Assembly: GCA_965238005.1 (NCBI GenBank)
Contig: OZ250165.1
Span: forward strand, 512,001 to 576,000
Direction: 5' to 3'
From: Longimicrobiales bacterium
GTDB lineage: Bacteria > Gemmatimonadota > Gemmatimonadetes > Longimicrobiales > Gaopeijiaceae
DNA length: 64,000 nt
The notes beneath the pieces are model-generated. The model searched no databases. It saw nothing but the letters and a program-made list of their open reading frames with translations, and was not told where the DNA came from. The position numbers were made by a program, and so were the translations under genes. How positions within the stretch are numbered: the stretch's first letter is position 1; the number at the start of each line of letters is the position of its first letter. Of this stretch, positions 60,871 to 64,000 are shown piece by piece.

Positions 60871-61341
60871 TCAAAAAAGCACGCCCGCCCTCACCACGGC
60901 CTGACGCAGCTCCCCATCCAGAAACTCGTAACGCCCCTCGCCGAAGAGCCGAAAACCCACTAGTGCCAGATCCAGCCCCACACCGGCGAAGGCGCCACTG
61001 GAGTCCATGTCCAAACCGGCGGGATTCTCAAGATCCCTGGAGGCCAATCCGCCGACCACGTAGGGGCGCGCCACGGGGAAGAGGAAGGGTCTCAGAGCCA
61101 CTCCCAGCGACCAGCCCTTCAGCTTGCAGTCGTCACAGTCGGGAAGAAACCAGGTGCCCGACCCATAGACGTCCACGGGAAGGATGGGAATGTCGAGGCC
61201 GAGCTGGGCTCCCACCCCGGCCGTGCCATCGAAAGCGTCCTGTGCCCACGCGCCGAACAACCCGCCGAAAATCTGCGCCCTCCCCTCGCGCGGCACGGAA
61301 AGGGCCCCGACGAGGACCAACCCAACGATCAAGTGCCTCAC
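60871..61341 (-). CDS. Small outer-membrane beta-barrel protein
   Basis: Signal peptide, alternating beta pattern, PYVVGG, terminal Phe. Confidence 0.72.
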   Translation of the reverse strand: MRHLIVGLVLVGALSVPREGRAQIFGGLFGAWAQDAFDGTAGVGAQLGLDIPILPVDVYGSGTWFLPDCDDCKLKGWSLGVALRPFLFPVARPYVVGGLASRDLENPAGLDMDSSGAFAGVGLDLALVGFRLFGEGRYEFLDGELRQAVVRAGVLF

Positions 61342-61464
61342 GGCATGCTCCCCGTAGGACCACGTAATTACCGATCATTCATCCCCAATGTACCCGCTCG
61401 GGCCCTCGGCGACCCCCATTCCGTTGCTCGGCGACGGCCCCGCGCGACGCGGAGCCGCGATGGA

Positions 61465-61735
61465 CTAGTGTGGTGTCCGAGAAGTTCGCGAGCCACCGAG
61501 AGTGCCGCGGCACCGGATCAGGGGTAGCCGCGCCACTAGGTGTGGGTCAGGCGCGACGACGACGAATAGCACCGCGGCCGAAGGCCGTGGTCCGAGGAGG
61601 AGGAACGCCGCAGGGCCGGATGCATCGGTGCTCGAGCCGAGCGACCTTCATGCTCGCCGTGAGCGCCGAGTTGACCGCGAGACGATCGAGCGCAGCGAGA
61701 TCAATGGCCGAGACACTTCTGGGACACCACACTGG
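61465..61735. mobile_element. MITE, copy 2 (271 bp)
   Basis: TIRs CTAGTGTGGTGTCCGAGAAGT / CCAGTGTGGTGTCCCAGAAGT (19/21); shares GAAGTTCGCGAGCCACC and TGGCCGAGACACTT with copy 1. Confidence 0.75.
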
Positions 61736-61852
61736 CACGGCGGATCCGATAGATTGTCACCAAGGGTGCGTCGGACCATTCCCCACGCAGCTCGTGCGAA
61801 CCGAGTCGGGAGCCCTGCAAACAGACGTCCACGCCAGAGCAAGGATGGGGCA

Positions 61853-62104
61853 TTGGGCATCTTCGAATTGATGCTTGGCGTCGTCATTATCGTGACCGCC
61901 GGGAAAGTGGTGGAACGCCGCATGTCCCGACCGCGGCGTGGAGAATCGCTCCAGGTCGGTACGGAGGAGCTCCACCGAATTCGGGAGACGATCGGCGACC
62001 TGAGCGGGCGCCTCGAGCGCCTGGAGGAGGAGCGGGACTTCTACAAGGATCTCCTGGAACCGAGAGGTCGTCGCGAGCTCCCGCCCGCGAACCCGAAGGA
62101 TTAG
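61853..62104 (+). CDS. Small membrane-anchored coiled-coil protein
   Basis: One TM segment, then RLERLEEERDFYKDLL; TTG start inferred. Confidence 0.65.
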   Translation: MGIFELMLGVVIIVTAGKVVERRMSRPRRGESLQVGTEELHRIRETIGDLSGRLERLEEERDFYKDLLEPRGRRELPPANPKD

Positions 62105-62168
62105 TGTCCCGTTACCAAAGTGTCTCGGCCAGTCGAGGGCGCGGTGCATCCGTGAACCGGAACACTAG
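62101..62168. mobile_element. MITE, copy 3 (68 bp, internally deleted)
   Basis: TAGTGTCCCGTT...AACCGGAACACTAG; 52/53 identical to the right part of copy 1, inverted. Confidence 0.78.
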
Positions 62169-62349
62169 GACCGCTCGAGATTCGGACCGCCAATCTCTAT
62201 CGGCCGCCTCAGCGAGACCCCACGAAGGGCCGCTTAACGACCCCGGAGCTCGGGCCATCTAAGCAGACAGAGGTCGGACCAAGGTCTCTCCAAGAGCCTT
62301 GCGCACGCCCGACCGAGAACGCGATGAATCCAGTTGGAGGATATGAGCA

Positions 62350-63006
62350 ATGAGGGGACTTTCAGCAGCAGTGACGGTTCTTACGCTGTTACTCGCGGTT
62401 CCCCTCCAGGGTCAAGCTGGCCCGGGGGGCCAGCGAGGCATGCGGGGCCAGGGGCCGATGATGGGCGGTTTCCAGCCGATGGGAATGGGCCCGGCAGACT
62501 GGCTCATATGGCTCAGGGAGGAGTTGAACCTGGCGGATGAGCAGGTGGAGAGCCTCAAGAGCACCGAGGAAGCGGCACACGACGGCGCCCGGCTCCAGAT
62601 GCGCGGTATGCGGGATCAGGTTCGCGACGGCGAGATCACCCAGGGACAGTTCCTGGATCTGATGACGGCACAGCGGAACGCCATGATGCAGCAGCAGAAC
62701 GCCTATCGAGAGCAGATAGACGCGATCCTGACCGACGAGCAGAAGAATCAGCTGCAGTCGCTGCGGGGAGGGGGCGCTGCGGACCGAAGGATGAGGCGCG
62801 GTCGAGGCTCCGGCCAGGGCCGCAGCTTCAGGCGGGGTCCCAGAGGTCGCGCGGATTTCGGACGACGGGGCATGGGGCCGGCTGCCGGATTCGGCGTGCG
62901 AGGCTTCGGACCCGGCTTCGACGGGCCGGGCATGAGGGGCTTTGATCGGAGCCAGATGCCCAGGCGCGGGTACGCCTGGGGCTTCGACCGCAGGATTTTC
63001 CGCTGA
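62350..63006 (+). CDS. Spy/CpxP-like periplasmic protein with an RG-rich tail
   Basis: Signal peptide, ELNLADEQ and ILTDEQ (LTxxQ) motifs. Confidence 0.75.
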   Translation: MRGLSAAVTVLTLLLAVPLQGQAGPGGQRGMRGQGPMMGGFQPMGMGPADWLIWLREELNLADEQVESLKSTEEAAHDGARLQMRGMRDQVRDGEITQGQFLDLMTAQRNAMMQQQNAYREQIDAILTDEQKNQLQSLRGGGAADRRMRRGRGSGQGRSFRRGPRGRADFGRRGMGPAAGFGVRGFGPGFDGPGMRGFDRSQMPRRGYAWGFDRRIFR

Positions 63007-63047
63007 CCGGAAGCCGAGCGCGGATTTGGACCCGTTGCCCGATAGGC

Positions 63048-63085
63048 AAACGAGGGGGGCCACCGCAAGGCGACCCCCCTCGTTT
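63048..63085. terminator. Bidirectional terminator
   Basis: AAACGAGGGGG...CCCCCTCGTTT between convergent genes. Confidence 0.75.
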
Positions 63086-63106
63086 CCGTTCTGGTAAGGC
63101 TCGCCG

Positions 63107-63655
63107 CTAGAGGCCGCCGGCCGGGTTGTCGGCGTCGAGCCTGCGGATGATCTCTAGAGTGATGTCCATCGACGAGTCCACGAACACCAATCCACTCTGG
63201 ATGGAGTTGAAGATGAGGGTGTAGCCCTCTTCCTGCCCCAGGGTCTCGATGATCTGCCCAATGCGCAGCGTGATCTCTCCCGTCAGCTCGTCCTGCCGGT
63301 TGCCCAGCTCCTGCTGAACATCCTCTTGGAGGCGGTTCAACTGGAGCATCCGGTCTTCGAGCTGCCGCTGGAGCTGGGCCGCCTGCGGGCTGTTGGGATC
63401 CGCTGCGAGTCCCTGCTGGCGTAGGTTGTTGATCTCATCCTGTTGGGATTGTAGCTCGCCCACACGCTGGTCCCGGAGCTGACTGAACAGCGCGAGGGCC
63501 TGTTGACCTGCCTGCGACTCGGCCATGATACGGTCGGCGTTGAAAACACCGAATTTGGTGGCGGCTGACTCCTGGGCGGATAGCGATCCACCACCGGCCA
63601 CCAGAGCCACGGCGGTGACACCGACGGTCAGAAGTCTTTGCCCGCGGCGCAACAT
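63107..63655 (-). CDS. skp: OmpH/Skp family periplasmic chaperone
   Basis: Signal peptide, KFGVFNADRIM, coiled coil, EGYTLIFN...DITLEII. Confidence 0.85.
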   Translation of the reverse strand: MLRRGQRLLTVGVTAVALVAGGGSLSAQESAATKFGVFNADRIMAESQAGQQALALFSQLRDQRVGELQSQQDEINNLRQQGLAADPNSPQAAQLQRQLEDRMLQLNRLQEDVQQELGNRQDELTGEITLRIGQIIETLGQEEGYTLIFNSIQSGLVFVDSSMDITLEIIRRLDADNPAGGL

Positions 63656-63745
63656 GAACAACTCCTTCTTTGCGAAGATCATTTTGAAAACACTGGTCTA
63701 GAGCACGAAACAATAGCGGCGCTGGCAGCTCGGATCTATCCGTAA

Positions 63746-63912
63746 CGGCCAGGCCGACGGCAACGTGAGGCGCTTCCCGGGTATCCCCCCCCAGCTCGCC
63801 CAAGGGCCTCTCTTACACCACAGGACGGGTGAGTTGCCCCAGGATCACTCAGCCAGGGGCCTTCATCGCGCCCCCCCGAGTGGCAATCACCGTTCGGCCG
63901 GTGGCATGGCCG
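63746..63912. ncRNA. Rod-shaped structured RNA candidate (6S-like architecture)
   Basis: Nested complementary segments with a central unpaired region; no convincing ORF overlaps it. Confidence 0.35.
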
Positions 63913-64000
63913 AGAAGGAACGGTATTCTTGAACGACACAGAGAGACGCGGCCGGCGGCCGAGAATGTCAGGAGATCAACGTGTGACGACTGTCCTCTTC

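Noticed and set aside
1..64000. CRISPR array, cas genes, rRNA
   Set aside because: No regularly spaced repeat-spacer pattern or matching motifs were seen by eye; short or degenerate arrays cannot be fully excluded without software.

Overview
GC-rich bacterial DNA, probably Gemmatimonadota. That is an inference from gene content, including the characteristic Ser/Thr-kinase N-terminus; no rRNA marker is present. The window has two parts. (1) About 1-20,200 is a decaying mobile/defence island that ends just downstream of polA. It holds three separate tyrosine-integrase pieces that the ORF track misses or only partly catches, an MmeI-like type IIL R-M enzyme, higBA, and an intact Sir2-HerA pair flanked by an unknown ORF and a truncated NYN RNase. 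It also holds IS5, IS110 (with a structured bridge-RNA-like leader), IS256 and IS3 elements, plus several IS-truncated genes and a group II intron RT scrap. (2) About 20,200-64,000 is core-like: polA, csp, a lytic transglycosylase, exbB, a peptide ABC transporter whose binding-protein gene is internally deleted, lipoate ligase, gcvPH, acyl-CoA dehydrogenase, tatA, a TrmJ-like methylase and a GGDEF protein. It continues with a full alternative complex III operon, MoxR-DUF58-transglutaminase, luxEC-like genes, ypdA and skp. The non-coding highlights are a three-member CTAG-flanked MITE family with a structured core, one copy sitting 3 bp upstream of the polA start, and a ~170-nt rod-like RNA candidate at the right end. 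No CRISPR array, rRNA or intact tRNA was seen. All protein calls rest on motif recognition by eye; no database search was run.
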